Below, in pieces: positions 36,058 to 46,025 of a stretch of DNA of 64,000 bases. The notes under the pieces were generated by a model that did not search any database, had not been told where the DNA came from, and worked only from the letters and a program-made list of their open reading frames with translations. Positions within the stretch are counted from its first letter, which is position 1, and the number at the start of each line of letters is the position of its first letter. This DNA is from an uncultured Methanomassiliicoccales archaeon. GTDB lineage: Archaea > Thermoplasmatota > Thermoplasmata > Methanomassiliicoccales > Methanomethylophilaceae. The stretch is from contig CAYMPW010000005.1 in assembly GCA_964392725.1 (NCBI GenBank), positions 3,658-67,657 of the forward strand, in the 5' to 3' direction. Both the position numbers and the translations under genes were made by a program.

Positions 36058-36357
36058 TTGTTTTGTCCTTCGTGCGGTTCAATGATGTTTCCCAAAGATG
36101 GGGTTTTTACCTGCAACTCTTGCGGTACATCTCAGGATATTGGTGAAAATAAGCAGCAGTTTGTAACTGGTGCAAAAGATAAAGAGACGACTGTAATCAA
36201 AGAAAATGTGGCTACAATGCCCAAAACACGTATTCTTTGCCCTAACTGTGAGAATACCGAAGCGTATTTCAGTCTCAGACAGACCCGTGCGGCCGATGAG
36301 CCTGAAACATGTATCTATCGTTGCTGCAAGTGTAACCACACTTGGAGAGAGAATTAA
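36058..36357 (+). CDS. tfs: transcription factor S (TFS; RpoM/TFIIS-like)
   Basis: N-terminal ribbon CPSCG...CNSCG and C-terminal ribbon CPNC...RQTRAADEPET...CCKCN. Start is ambiguous between TTG 36058 and TTG 36043. Confidence 0.85.
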   Translation: MFCPSCGSMMFPKDGVFTCNSCGTSQDIGENKQQFVTGAKDKETTVIKENVATMPKTRILCPNCENTEAYFSLRQTRAADEPETCIYRCCKCNHTWREN

Positions 36358-36371
36358 GGAGGGTATTTTCA

Positions 36372-37109
36372 ATGTTCAAAGCAGAAATCAAAGCAGATAC
36401 TTTGAAAGGTCTTGTAAACATAATTTCCACATTGATGGATGAAGTAAAATTCAACATAAGCTCAGAAGGAATGAACCTTAAAGCCGTGGATCCCGCACAT
36501 GTTGCAATGATTGACCTTTTTGTGAGTGCAGGAGCATTCGAATCCTATGAAGCAGACGAATCCGAAATCGGACTCGATCTCGATAAAGTAAAAGGCGTTC
36601 TCAAATTAGCCTCATCTGGAGACGTCATATCCATGGAACAGGATGCAGATCATGGCAGACTTGTTTTCAAAGTTGGAAACATCACCCGTCGCATGAATCT
36701 TGTAGATACATCAAGCATGAATGATCCAAAAGTTCCTGATCTTTCGCTTTCCGCAAAAATCGGAGTAGCAGCATCAGAACTTCAGAAAGGTATCAAAGCC
36801 TCTGAATCAATATCCGATCATATTGCACTTAGAGCAGATCCTGAATTCTTTGAATTATCTTGTGAAGGAGATACAGATTCCGCAAGCCTTAGGATTCCCG
36901 TATCCAACCTCAAAGATGTACAAGTTGCATCGTCTGTTTGCAGTCTTTTCCCCTTGGATTATTTTTCCAATTTGGTCAAAGCATTGCCTTCCGATACAAT
37001 CATTAACATTGAATTGGACACAGATTTCCCAGTTAAATTGATATTTGATATTGCAGACGGAAACACATCGGTGAATTACCTTCTTGCACCCAGAATCGAA
37101 AGCGATTAA
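36372..37109 (+). CDS. pcn: DNA polymerase sliding clamp (PCNA)
   Basis: 245 aa from ATG 36372, preceded by AAGGAGGG. MFKAEIKADTLKGLVNIISTL is a typical PCNA N-terminus. Confidence 0.9.
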   Translation: MFKAEIKADTLKGLVNIISTLMDEVKFNISSEGMNLKAVDPAHVAMIDLFVSAGAFESYEADESEIGLDLDKVKGVLKLASSGDVISMEQDADHGRLVFKVGNITRRMNLVDTSSMNDPKVPDLSLSAKIGVAASELQKGIKASESISDHIALRADPEFFELSCEGDTDSASLRIPVSNLKDVQVASSVCSLFPLDYFSNLVKALPSDTIINIELDTDFPVKLIFDIADGNTSVNYLLAPRIESD

Positions 37110-37126
37110 TCGAGGGTTGTGTAAAA

Positions 37127-37948
37127 GTGGTAAACTCTGTATCCGATTTGGCTAAGATTTCAAACAAATTACGCATACACGTAATTGAGATGATTGCAGC
37201 AGCAGGTTCTGGTCACCCGGGAGGTTCTTTATCTTCTGCAGATTTGATGGCTGTATTGTATTTCAGAATCATGAAACATGATCCCAAGGATCCATCTTGG
37301 GATGGTAGAGATAGATTCGTTTTGTCTAAAGGACACGTGGCACCGATTCTTTATGCATCTTTAGCAGAATCGGGATATTTCCCCGTAGAGGATTTAATAT
37401 CTTTGAGAAAAATTGGATCCAAGCTTCAGGGACACCCTGTTAAAGGAAAAGTTCCTGGTGTAGAAATGTCTACAGGATCTTTGGGCCAGGGACTTAGCAT
37501 GGCATGTGGTATCGCAACATCTTTGAAGATGGATCAGAAACCAAACCGTGTGTTCTGTCTTTTGGGAGACGGAGAGATGCAGAGTGGACAGAATTGGGAA
37601 GCAGTTATGTTTGCAGCTCACAAGAATCTTAACAATCTCACAGCATTTGTTGACCGTAACTGTTTACAAATTACAGGAAACACCGAGGATAGGTTGTCGT
37701 TAGGATCTGTTGAAGAAAAATTCACAGCATTCGGATGGAATGCTATCACAATAGATGGACATGATATCAATCAGATTATTGATGCATGTGAAAAATCAGA
37801 AAATGGTGATAAGCCCACAGCAATCATCATGAACACTGTTAAAGGAAAAGGTGTTTCATTCATGGAGAATAATGTAGGTTTCCACGGTAAAGCACCCAAT
37901 AAAGATGAGACCATTCAGGCTCTTGAAGAATTAAGGGGGAAAAACTAA
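37127..37948 (+). CDS. transketolase, N-terminal (TPP-binding) subunit
   Basis: 273 aa. SGHPGGSLS and LGDGE motifs. GTG start. Stop overlaps the next ATG (TAATG). Confidence 0.9.
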   Translation: MVNSVSDLAKISNKLRIHVIEMIAAAGSGHPGGSLSSADLMAVLYFRIMKHDPKDPSWDGRDRFVLSKGHVAPILYASLAESGYFPVEDLISLRKIGSKLQGHPVKGKVPGVEMSTGSLGQGLSMACGIATSLKMDQKPNRVFCLLGDGEMQSGQNWEAVMFAAHKNLNNLTAFVDRNCLQITGNTEDRLSLGSVEEKFTAFGWNAITIDGHDINQIIDACEKSENGDKPTAIIMNTVKGKGVSFMENNVGFHGKAPNKDETIQALEELRGKN

Positions 37949-38889
37949 TGGTTCAGAAATTGGCACAACGCAACTACTACGGAAAAGCATTGGCAGACCT
38001 TGCATCTTTAAGAGATGATATAGTAGTCTTGGATGCAGATCTGGCAGGATCTACCAAAACAGGAGATTTTGAAAAAGTATGTCCCGAAAGATTCGTAGAA
38101 GTTGGAATCGCGGAACAGAATATGGTTGGAATTGCTGCAGGATTGGCAGCATCCGGAAAAACAGCTTTCGCATCTACCTTTGCAGTTTTTGCCACCGGTC
38201 GTTGCTGGGAACAGATTAGATTGGCAATCGCTTATCCAAAACTTAATGTAAAGATTGTTTCAACCCACAGCGGAATAAGTGTGGGTGAAGATGGAGCGTC
38301 TCACCAAGCATTGGAAGATATTTCCATTATGCGCAGTCTCCCCAACATGGTTGTAATTTCTCCTGCAGATGCGTATGAAGCATATGCAGCAACAATGGCA
38401 ATTGCCGATTATGATGGTCCAGTTTACATGAGATTGGGCCGTAGTGAATTCCCCACGATAACAGCTGAAGGTACAAAATTCCAGATTGGTAAAGCAACTA
38501 TCATGAAAGAAGGAACCGATGTAACCATTATCGGAACTGGTCAGATGGTTACAACATGTATCGAGGCAGCAGAAAAATTAGCCTCCGAAGGAATCAATGC
38601 AGAAGTAATCAATATGTCTACAATTAAACCTTTAGATGTAGATACGATTCGTGCATCTGTATCAAAAACACGTTGTGTTGTAACGGCAGAAGAGCACAGT
38701 ATAATCGGAGGATTGGGATCCGCCGTAGCAGAATTCTTGTCAGAAGAAATACCTGTACCCTTGTCAAGAGTGGGAACAAAAGATACGTTTGGAGAATCAG
38801 GAAGTCCGGCAGAGCTCTTTGAGAAGTATGGACTCATGTCAAACGATGTTGTTTCTGCATGTAAAAAAGTTATTTTAAACAAAAATTGA
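37948..38889 (+). CDS. transketolase, C-terminal (pyrimidine-binding) subunit
   Basis: 313 aa. GIAEQNMVG motif. Confidence 0.9.
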   Translation: MVQKLAQRNYYGKALADLASLRDDIVVLDADLAGSTKTGDFEKVCPERFVEVGIAEQNMVGIAAGLAASGKTAFASTFAVFATGRCWEQIRLAIAYPKLNVKIVSTHSGISVGEDGASHQALEDISIMRSLPNMVVISPADAYEAYAATMAIADYDGPVYMRLGRSEFPTITAEGTKFQIGKATIMKEGTDVTIIGTGQMVTTCIEAAEKLASEGINAEVINMSTIKPLDVDTIRASVSKTRCVVTAEEHSIIGGLGSAVAEFLSEEIPVPLSRVGTKDTFGESGSPAELFEKYGLMSNDVVSACKKVILNKN

Positions 38890-38898
38890 AGTGATAAT

Positions 38899-39543
38899 AT
38901 GAAGATTTTTATCGATACCGCAAACATAGAAAGGATTGAAGAAGTAAACAGCTGGGGAATCTTAGATGGAGTAACAACAAACCCCAGTCTCATTGCAAAA
39001 GAAAATACAGATTTGAGGACCTGTGTCAAAAAGATTTCAGAAATCGTTGATGGTCCTATTTCTGCAGAAGCAATGTCTATGGATGCCGAGGGCATGATCA
39101 AAGAAGGTCGTGAACTTGCAGCCATTCATGAAAACATCAATGTTAAGCTCCCTATGTGTCTTGAAACATTGAAAGCAACAAAAGTCCTCTCTTCTGAAGG
39201 TATTGATGTAAACGTTACACTTATTTTCTCTCCTGCGCAGGCACTTCTTGCAGCAAAAGCAGGTGCAAGATATGTATCTCCATTTGTTGGACGTCTCGAT
39301 GATATCGGACAAAACGGAAGCGACCTTATCGCAGAAATATCTTCAATTTTCTACAATTACGATTTCGATTGTGAAATTATTGCAGCAAGTATCAGGCACC
39401 CAATTCATGTTTTGGATGCGGCAGCAGCCGGTTGTGACATCGCAACAATTCCTTACGATGTTCTCACAAAGATGCTTAAGCACCCTAAAACAGATGAAGG
39501 CATAGAGAAATTCATCGCAGATTACAACAAATCAAAACAGTAA
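38899..39543 (+). CDS. tal: short-type transaldolase / fructose-6-phosphate aldolase family
   Basis: 214 aa. [16 protein letters not shown] and VKLP (Schiff-base Lys context). Confidence 0.85.
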   Translation: MKIFIDTANIERIEEVNSWGILDGVTTNPSLIAKENTDLRTCVKKISEIVDGPISAEAMSMDAEGMIKEGRELAAIHENINVKLPMCLETLKATKVLSSEGIDVNVTLIFSPAQALLAAKAGARYVSPFVGRLDDIGQNGSDLIAEISSIFYNYDFDCEIIAASIRHPIHVLDAAAAGCDIATIPYDVLTKMLKHPKTDEGIEKFIADYNKSKQ

Positions 39544-39555
39544 TCGAGGAATGTT

Positions 39556-40704
39556 ATGCACGACGTCGTAATCGTCGGAGCGGGCCCCGCTGGTACAAAA
39601 GCGGCGGCTCTGCTCGCTGCAGAACACGATGTGCTTGTTTTAGAAGAGCATGATTGTTCTGGAGATCCCGTTGAGTGTGCGGGATTAGTTACAGACGACG
39701 TTGTAAACATGTCTGGTGTAAAGCCGATTATTTTAAACAAATTGTATGGTGCCAGAGTTCATTTTCCAGGCCATGGTGTAGTATCCGTAAGGTCTGAAAA
39801 ACCAAAAGCAAATCTTATCGATCGTCGTGATTTTGATCAGAAGATGGCATTTAAAGCGATAGACTGCGGAGCAGAAATTCTGTACAGTCGTAAATATCAA
39901 TCTCATGTGTTGGATTCAGGAAATATTCGTACTATGACTCCAACGGGAGCACATTTATCTAAAATTTTAATAGGTGCCGATGGGCATACATCAGCAGTAT
40001 CCGCATCATTTCCTAATAACGAATGTAAAACATATTTGCGCGGAATGCAGGTTGATGTTAGGCGCCGTAAAGAAGATCAGGATTTAATCGACATAAGACT
40101 CGGTTCTGAAATCGCTCCTGGATTTTTTTCATGGGAAATTCCATTTGAAAATTTTACCCGTATCGGTGTATGTACAGCATGGTCCGCAGGACCTCCTGTA
40201 GATTATTTGAATCTTTTACTGAGACGCTCGGGAATGGATGATGCACCAGTTATCGAAAAAATATCCGGAAAAATTCCAATGGGGGGATGCCGTACCACAT
40301 TCGGAGATCACACACTTTTGATCGGAGATGCTGCATGTCAGATAAAACCCGTGTCCGGAGGAGGTCTGTATCCTGCATTTTCCGCAGCTCCTTTCCTAAA
40401 ACAAACCGTAGATTCTGCGATTGAATCGAACAATTTTTCAGCAGAATTTTTATCATCCTATGAGAAAGGATGGAAATCTGAAATCGGTGATGCTTTAGAA
40501 AAAGGATACAAACTCAGAGAAATGTATGATAAACTTTCTGACAAAGACTTAGATAAAATTTATCAAATCATTGATTGTCCTAGCATCCGTAAGATATTGG
40601 ACAATATCGATTTAGACAATCCACACCTCGTTGCTAAAGAAGCTTTGAAGAATGTATCAGTCACATTAAAATTACTCCCAATTGTATTGAAGGCAGCATT
40701 ATGA
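39556..40704 (+). CDS. FAD-dependent geranylgeranyl reductase family oxidoreductase
   Basis: 382 aa. VVIVGAGPAGTKAA dinucleotide motif and GDAACQIKPVSGGG motif. Confidence 0.7.
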   Translation: MHDVVIVGAGPAGTKAAALLAAEHDVLVLEEHDCSGDPVECAGLVTDDVVNMSGVKPIILNKLYGARVHFPGHGVVSVRSEKPKANLIDRRDFDQKMAFKAIDCGAEILYSRKYQSHVLDSGNIRTMTPTGAHLSKILIGADGHTSAVSASFPNNECKTYLRGMQVDVRRRKEDQDLIDIRLGSEIAPGFFSWEIPFENFTRIGVCTAWSAGPPVDYLNLLLRRSGMDDAPVIEKISGKIPMGGCRTTFGDHTLLIGDAACQIKPVSGGGLYPAFSAAPFLKQTVDSAIESNNFSAEFLSSYEKGWKSEIGDALEKGYKLREMYDKLSDKDLDKIYQIIDCPSIRKILDNIDLDNPHLVAKEALKNVSVTLKLLPIVLKAAL

Positions 40705-41723
40705 AAACAATAGAAGTAGCACTTGTCCCATCGTCTCAAGCATCTCAGAAAATACCTGAGATGATGTCAAAAGGATTAGTTGATAGGGCTGCAAAAATTA
40801 CAAAAGATGGGGATTTTCGTGCTGTTCCACTTCTTCCTGAAGCTCATGACGAAGTCATTGAAATGGGATTCGAAATCTCAATAAGAGATGTTTTTGAACT
40901 AGAGAGACGGACACCACAAGAAATGATTTCTGAATATCTTTCCGATATACCCGAGAGTGTAAGAGATACATTACCTCAAAAATGGGAATATGTTGGAGAT
41001 ATTGTAATTTTATGTTTAAGCTCTGAGTGCAATCCGTATTTGGATAGAATCGGAGAAGTTTATGCTAAAGTTTTAGGAATGTCCACAGTTTGTGTGGATC
41101 GCGGTGGAGTTTCCGGAGAGTTCCGTCGTCCTAATACTGAAGTGATATTTGGGACAAAAACCGAATCCATAAGATTAGAAAACGGAATTCTATATGACAT
41201 GGATGTTACAGAAGTGATGTTTGCATCCGGAAATGTGGATGAAAGATATCGTATGCGTAGTTTGGATTGCACAGGTGAAACTGTTGTAGATATGTTCGCA
41301 GGAATTGGTTATTTCACTTTACCTCTTTCTAAATTTTCAGGAGCATCAAAAGTAATAGCATGCGAGAAAAATCCAGATTCTTTTAAATTTTTATTAAAAA
41401 ATATTGAATTGAATGGAGTTCAAGATATTGTAGAACCAATTCTTGGTGATAATCGTAACATTCCAGGAAATAAAATTGCAGACAGGATTTTAATGGGTTA
41501 TGTTCAGACAACATCCGATTTCTTACCAAAAGCAATGGAACTTATTCGCCCCGGCGGAATAATTCATTATCACGACACCTTTTATGTAAATGAATACGAG
41601 TCTAAAGTTCGTGAAGCTTTTGATAGCGTTTGCTCAAACTATGAAATATTGGGAATACACGAAGTAAAATCATTCGCTCCGTCCGTATCCCATTATGTTG
41701 CAGATGTTCGCATATTGGATTAA
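40701..41723 (+). CDS. trm5: tRNA (guanine37-N1)-methyltransferase Trm5 / Met-10+ family
   Basis: 340 aa. VVDMFAGIGYFTLPL SAM motif. ATGA overlap with the upstream gene. Confidence 0.75.
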   Translation: MKTIEVALVPSSQASQKIPEMMSKGLVDRAAKITKDGDFRAVPLLPEAHDEVIEMGFEISIRDVFELERRTPQEMISEYLSDIPESVRDTLPQKWEYVGDIVILCLSSECNPYLDRIGEVYAKVLGMSTVCVDRGGVSGEFRRPNTEVIFGTKTESIRLENGILYDMDVTEVMFASGNVDERYRMRSLDCTGETVVDMFAGIGYFTLPLSKFSGASKVIACEKNPDSFKFLLKNIELNGVQDIVEPILGDNRNIPGNKIADRILMGYVQTTSDFLPKAMELIRPGGIIHYHDTFYVNEYESKVREAFDSVCSNYEILGIHEVKSFAPSVSHYVADVRILD

Positions 41724-43225
41724 ATCGATTCTCCGCATCCGCTTGCTGTAAGAAGTGTACCCATAGCTTCAGAATATTTGGCGGGTGGAGCATCAATAAG
41801 ATTCTTTACAAATGGCAACAGATAGTCTGCATATTCTGATTCATCCGACGTCATTTTCCAAGCGACTTCGCCATTGTGTCCCGTTGCAATAAGGAATGAT
41901 TTGCACATAACACGTGATTTCGAATCTTTAGGGCTGATGGAATTTATTTCAGAGTAGACCAAATCTCCTCCGCCAACTTTGAACGCTTTAGCCAAGCGAT
42001 CCGATAACAACGTAATTTTTCCAGCTCTTTTGAACTCAGGATATTCCGAAGAAACTCCGGACATTATGTATTTTCTATGAGCTTCATCGAGAACAGGACC
42101 AGGTACGCTCTTTGAAAGATTTCCCATAGATTCGGCAACGGATTCGGATGTAAATTTTGCAATAATATCTTTCCAATTATCTGTCCAAAGCATAGATAAA
42201 GCTTCACTCGCTTTTCCAGTTTTTATTATAACTGCAGACGGAACAGCAGAAAGGTATGCTTCAAGTGCATCAATCTCATTGGACGATCCAGTTAAATCGG
42301 ATATGAACGTTTTCAAATCAGAACCGTAATTTTTTGTTCCAACAATATAGGTAGCGACTGCAGCACTCTTGAGTTCTCCCAACTTGTCTTTGGTTATTAC
42401 GTTGATGAGTGAAGCATCCGTATGAGCTCCAACCATATACTTTTCAAGAAGATCTTTTTTAATTATGTCGCGACCTTCTGTCGATTCGTTGTGATATTTG
42501 TGTTCTATATACACTTCAATATCGTCAAGAGGATCATTGGCAGAGATCTTAGAAACTATGAATTGCAATGTGGACACATCTTTGGCACAATTACGACAAA
42601 TACGAATTTCCTCGTCAAGTGATTTGATCTTAATCACAAGAGTTGCAGGACTCTCGTGTTTACACTGCAATCCATCATTTTCAAACTCATAAGGAGTATC
42701 CCAAAATGCATCGTAGAGATAATCTTCTGGCATGTTTGGTTTATTGGAGCAAACTAAACCTTCTTCAAAAGAATATAAGTGAAGTTTGTTCTTTTTAATG
42801 AAATTATTGTAAAGGAGAAGTCTTTTCTTGGAATCTGTGTAGTATTGACATCCAATAAGTTTGTCGTTTCCTACTAATCCTCTTACTGCAAAGGAAACAG
42901 GTTCTCCTGCAAGTTTGGCAGTGGCAAGCATAGGAACTGTTCCAGCAGCATTAAGTGAGATTGTTCCCGCATACGCTTTTGCAATATCATCACTGCCTCT
43001 AGAAGCTTCTTTGATAAGTGCATCCGCATTTCCTTTAATTCCCTGGTATGAATCAATAAGTTTGAATGTTTTATCAAAAGAACATTTCCTACAGTTACCT
43101 GCACACATAGGCCTTAGAATTGAAGGTTCGTCAGCTAATTTTTTAGAACGATCTAAAATGTCAGCTTCAAGTCTTTTAGACGTAGGTTTTGTACCTCTAA
43201 ACCTTACTCTTTTTTTCCCGGCCAT
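41720..43225 (-). CDS. uncharacterised 501-aa protein with basic N-terminal tail and Cys motifs
   Basis: A long ORF with neighbour-like composition. CAGNCRKC (CX3CX2C) at residues 41-48 and a later CKHES...CRNC pattern. I recognise no family. Confidence 0.6.
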   Translation of the reverse strand: MAGKKRVRFRGTKPTSKRLEADILDRSKKLADEPSILRPMCAGNCRKCSFDKTFKLIDSYQGIKGNADALIKEASRGSDDIAKAYAGTISLNAAGTVPMLATAKLAGEPVSFAVRGLVGNDKLIGCQYYTDSKKRLLLYNNFIKKNKLHLYSFEEGLVCSNKPNMPEDYLYDAFWDTPYEFENDGLQCKHESPATLVIKIKSLDEEIRICRNCAKDVSTLQFIVSKISANDPLDDIEVYIEHKYHNESTEGRDIIKKDLLEKYMVGAHTDASLINVITKDKLGELKSAAVATYIVGTKNYGSDLKTFISDLTGSSNEIDALEAYLSAVPSAVIIKTGKASEALSMLWTDNWKDIIAKFTSESVAESMGNLSKSVPGPVLDEAHRKYIMSGVSSEYPEFKRAGKITLLSDRLAKAFKVGGGDLVYSEINSISPKDSKSRVMCKSFLIATGHNGEVAWKMTSDESEYADYLLPFVKNLIDAPPAKYSEAMGTLLTASGCGESI

Positions 43226-43258
43226 GCCCCTTAATGTCTGTGCGATATATTAATCCTG

Positions 43259-43801
43259 TTGGGGATTAATCTTAATACACCAACGCAATTTCATCTCGTG
43301 AATTCCGCAAAGCATGGCGATAAAGAACTTCGAGAGTTTTTAGCTCGTGCACCATTCGGCTATAGAAATTTATCAAAAGATGAGTTCAAAATATTCTATA
43401 CTGCTTTTGTTCATGATAGTTATTCATATGAAATGAGAGATGCACATCCTCCAAAAAATATTGAATCTTATGAAAGGTTAGAATTTCTTGGAGATTCCAT
43501 TTTAGAATTTTTAGCGTGTGAACAAGTTTATTCAAAAACTGAGTTGAGAGAAGGCGGAATGACAGATTATAAACAAAGTATTGTTTCTAATCAGAGGTTG
43601 TCTGCTAGAATTTTGGACTCAGGATTAGATTTGGATCGTTTGATTTTTGTCGGTGGCGGACATAAAGATCCAAAAACGGGTAAAAATATTATAGAAGAGA
43701 ATATGCGCGCCGATGTGTTTGAAGCGCTTCTTGCAGCGATATATCTTGTCTTTGGTATGGAAGAGGCCCGTCGTGTTGTACGTCTGACTCTTTTAGGATA
43801 A
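43259..43801 (+). CDS. rnc: ribonuclease III catalytic-domain protein without dsRBD
   Basis: Signature ERLEFLGDSILEF, preceded by AFVHDSY. The protein ends right after FEALLAAIYL..G. Start is ambiguous between TTG 43259 and GTG 43298. Confidence 0.75.
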   Translation: MGINLNTPTQFHLVNSAKHGDKELREFLARAPFGYRNLSKDEFKIFYTAFVHDSYSYEMRDAHPPKNIESYERLEFLGDSILEFLACEQVYSKTELREGGMTDYKQSIVSNQRLSARILDSGLDLDRLIFVGGGHKDPKTGKNIIEENMRADVFEALLAAIYLVFGMEEARRVVRLTLLG

Positions 43802-43849
43802 TTTCTAACAGTGTCAATAGGACATATTATAATCACTCACGTCAATCAT

Positions 43850-44785
43850 ATGTTTGTGTCTGAAATTATTAACCAAACTGCAGAATCGATTAAAAGTATG
43901 AAAATACGAGGGGCCGGAAAAATAGCACGTGCTGGTGCAGAAGCATTGGCAGAATTTGCGAAACTATATTCCGGAAACAATTTGGAATCATTCTACAAAG
44001 AGTTAGATGGTGTAAAAGCTGTTCTTTTAGAATCTAGGCCAACTGCAGTATCCCTTTGGAATGGAGTGCATGCATCAGTAAAAGGTGTAGATTTAGTTTC
44101 ATCGGTAGACGAAGCAAGAGAGTTGATAATTTCTAACGCAGGCATATTTGTAAAAAGATCCAATGAAGCTGTGAAAATAATTGGTGAAATTGGAGCTAAA
44201 AGAATTCAAAATGGGGATGTTGTAATGACTCATTGCAACAGTAGTGCGGCATTAGGTGTTATTAAAACAGCGCACGAACAAGGCAAAGTTTTCAAAGTTT
44301 ATGCAACCGAATCGCGTCCTTGGAGACAGGGAATTCTTACAGTTACGGATCTTGCAAAATCAGGTGTAGATGTTACTTTAATTATCGATAGTGCCGTGCG
44401 TTCTGTAATGAAAAAGACCGACAAAGTATTCGTTGGAGCAGACACCATAACATCCCATGGAGCTTTGGTAAATAAAGTGGGAACATCACAGGTAGCATTG
44501 GCTGCGCATGAAGCCCGTGTTCAGTTCTACGTTTGCAGTGAAACATACAAATTCTCGCCCATGACACTTTTTGGCGATATGGTAACAATAGAAGAAAGAG
44601 GAATAGAAGAAATAATACGTCCTGGTGAAGTTCCAGATGCCGTAAAAGTTTTCAATCCTGTTTTTGATAGCACGCCATCCGCATACATAGATGCTATTGT
44701 AACCGAACTCGGTATGATGTCTCCCGGTTCTGTTTATGATACAATGGTTAGACAATTGGGAGAAGAAATTTTCAAGGGGGTTTAA
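43850..44785 (+). CDS. ribose-1,5-bisphosphate isomerase (eIF-2B alpha/beta/delta-like, e2b2 family)
   Basis: About 311 aa from ATG 43850. ESRP and GADTI motifs. First gene of an operon with RuBisCO and AMP phosphorylase. Confidence 0.8.
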   Translation: MFVSEIINQTAESIKSMKIRGAGKIARAGAEALAEFAKLYSGNNLESFYKELDGVKAVLLESRPTAVSLWNGVHASVKGVDLVSSVDEARELIISNAGIFVKRSNEAVKIIGEIGAKRIQNGDVVMTHCNSSAALGVIKTAHEQGKVFKVYATESRPWRQGILTVTDLAKSGVDVTLIIDSAVRSVMKKTDKVFVGADTITSHGALVNKVGTSQVALAAHEARVQFYVCSETYKFSPMTLFGDMVTIEERGIEEIIRPGEVPDAVKVFNPVFDSTPSAYIDAIVTELGMMSPGSVYDTMVRQLGEEIFKGV

Positions 44786-44786
44786 G

Positions 44787-46025
44787 ATGAAAGATTATTC
44801 ATATTTGCATTTGGGAGAAAATCCAGATATAGACAACAATGTTGTTTGTAAATATAGAGTTACGACAGAGTTGCCAATGGAAAAAGCTGCAGAAGCAATT
44901 GCAGCAGAGCAATCTACAGGCACGTGGACCGGAATCGCTACACTTAACGATACAGTTTTCGATAAATACGGTGCAAAGGTAACATCAATTAATGGAGATA
45001 TTGTGGAAATCGCATTCCCTTCAGAAGATTTTAGTATTGAAGTTGGAGCAGTACCTCAGATTCTAAGTGTAATCGCAGGAAATCTTTTCGGATTGGAATC
45101 CATCGGAAAACTCAGACTCGAAGATGTTAGTTTCCCACGTAGTATGTGTGAGATGTTCAAAGGACCTAGGTTCGGAGCGGATGGTATCAGAACATTACTC
45201 GACCGTCCGGATAAACCACTCGTAGGAACGATTGTTAAACCAAAAATCGGAATGTCTCCCAAAGATACTGCAAAATACGTATATGATGCAGGATCAGGTG
45301 GACTTACAAACAGTAAAGATGATGAAACATTGGTCGATCAGGCTTTTTGTCCCATAGAAGACCGTACAAAATTGGTCGCAGAGTCTTTGGATAAATTAAA
45401 AGAAGAAGGCCATTTGATGCTTCACGCAATCAATATCAGTACGTCCGGTCATCAGATTGTAGAACTTGCAGAAAAGGTTCAGGAATGGGGAGCTAAGCAG
45501 ATTATGGTCGATGTACTTACATGTGGATTCGGGGCTGTTCAAGCTCTCGCAGAAGATTCTGCAATTAAAGTCCCTATTCATGTTCACAGAACAATGCATG
45601 GGGCAATGACACGTGATCCTTTGCATGGAATTTCCATGCTCCCAATTACGAAGATTGTTCGTATGTGTGGTGGTGATGCATTGCACATCGGAACACTTGG
45701 TGTTGGAAAGATGAGTGGAGCCAAATCCGAAGGTCTTGCAAATCTTGATGCTTGTTTGAGCACAGATTATATTCACAAAACAGTTATGCCTGTTTGTTCC
45801 GGCGGAGTATATCCTGGAATGATTGGAAGCATGGTCAAAGTATCGGGAACAAATGTTCAAATTCAGGCAGGAGGCGGCGTGGCCGGCCATCCTGAAGGTG
45901 TTGTTAACGGTGCAAGAGCCATGTGTCAGGCAGTTGACGCAGCATATGAAAACACAGATGTTGAAAAATATGCGGAAACACATCACGAACTTAAATTAGC
46001 ATTAGACAAGTGGGGAATTAAATGA
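44787..46025 (+). CDS. rbcL: form III ribulose-1,5-bisphosphate carboxylase/oxygenase large subunit
   Basis: 412 aa from ATG 44787, 1 nt after the upstream TAA. GGLTNSKDDE and HVHRTMHG active-site contexts. Confidence 0.9.
   Translation: MKDYSYLHLGENPDIDNNVVCKYRVTTELPMEKAAEAIAAEQSTGTWTGIATLNDTVFDKYGAKVTSINGDIVEIAFPSEDFSIEVGAVPQILSVIAGNLFGLESIGKLRLEDVSFPRSMCEMFKGPRFGADGIRTLLDRPDKPLVGTIVKPKIGMSPKDTAKYVYDAGSGGLTNSKDDETLVDQAFCPIEDRTKLVAESLDKLKEEGHLMLHAINISTSGHQIVELAEKVQEWGAKQIMVDVLTCGFGAVQALAEDSAIKVPIHVHRTMHGAMTRDPLHGISMLPITKIVRMCGGDALHIGTLGVGKMSGAKSEGLANLDACLSTDYIHKTVMPVCSGGVYPGMIGSMVKVSGTNVQIQAGGGVAGHPEGVVNGARAMCQAVDAAYENTDVEKYAETHHELKLALDKWGIK

Noticed and set aside
37127-38889. Transketolase split into two ORFs, considered as a possible pseudogene.
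   Set aside because: The split falls at the domain boundary with a TAATG overlap and both halves are intact. This two-subunit organisation is the normal one in many archaea.
43082-43105. CX3CX2C in the 501-aa protein, considered as evidence that it is a radical SAM enzyme.
   Set aside because: The motif alone is insufficient. I could not find SAM-binding GGE-like or other TIM-barrel hallmarks, so it is reported only as a Cys motif.
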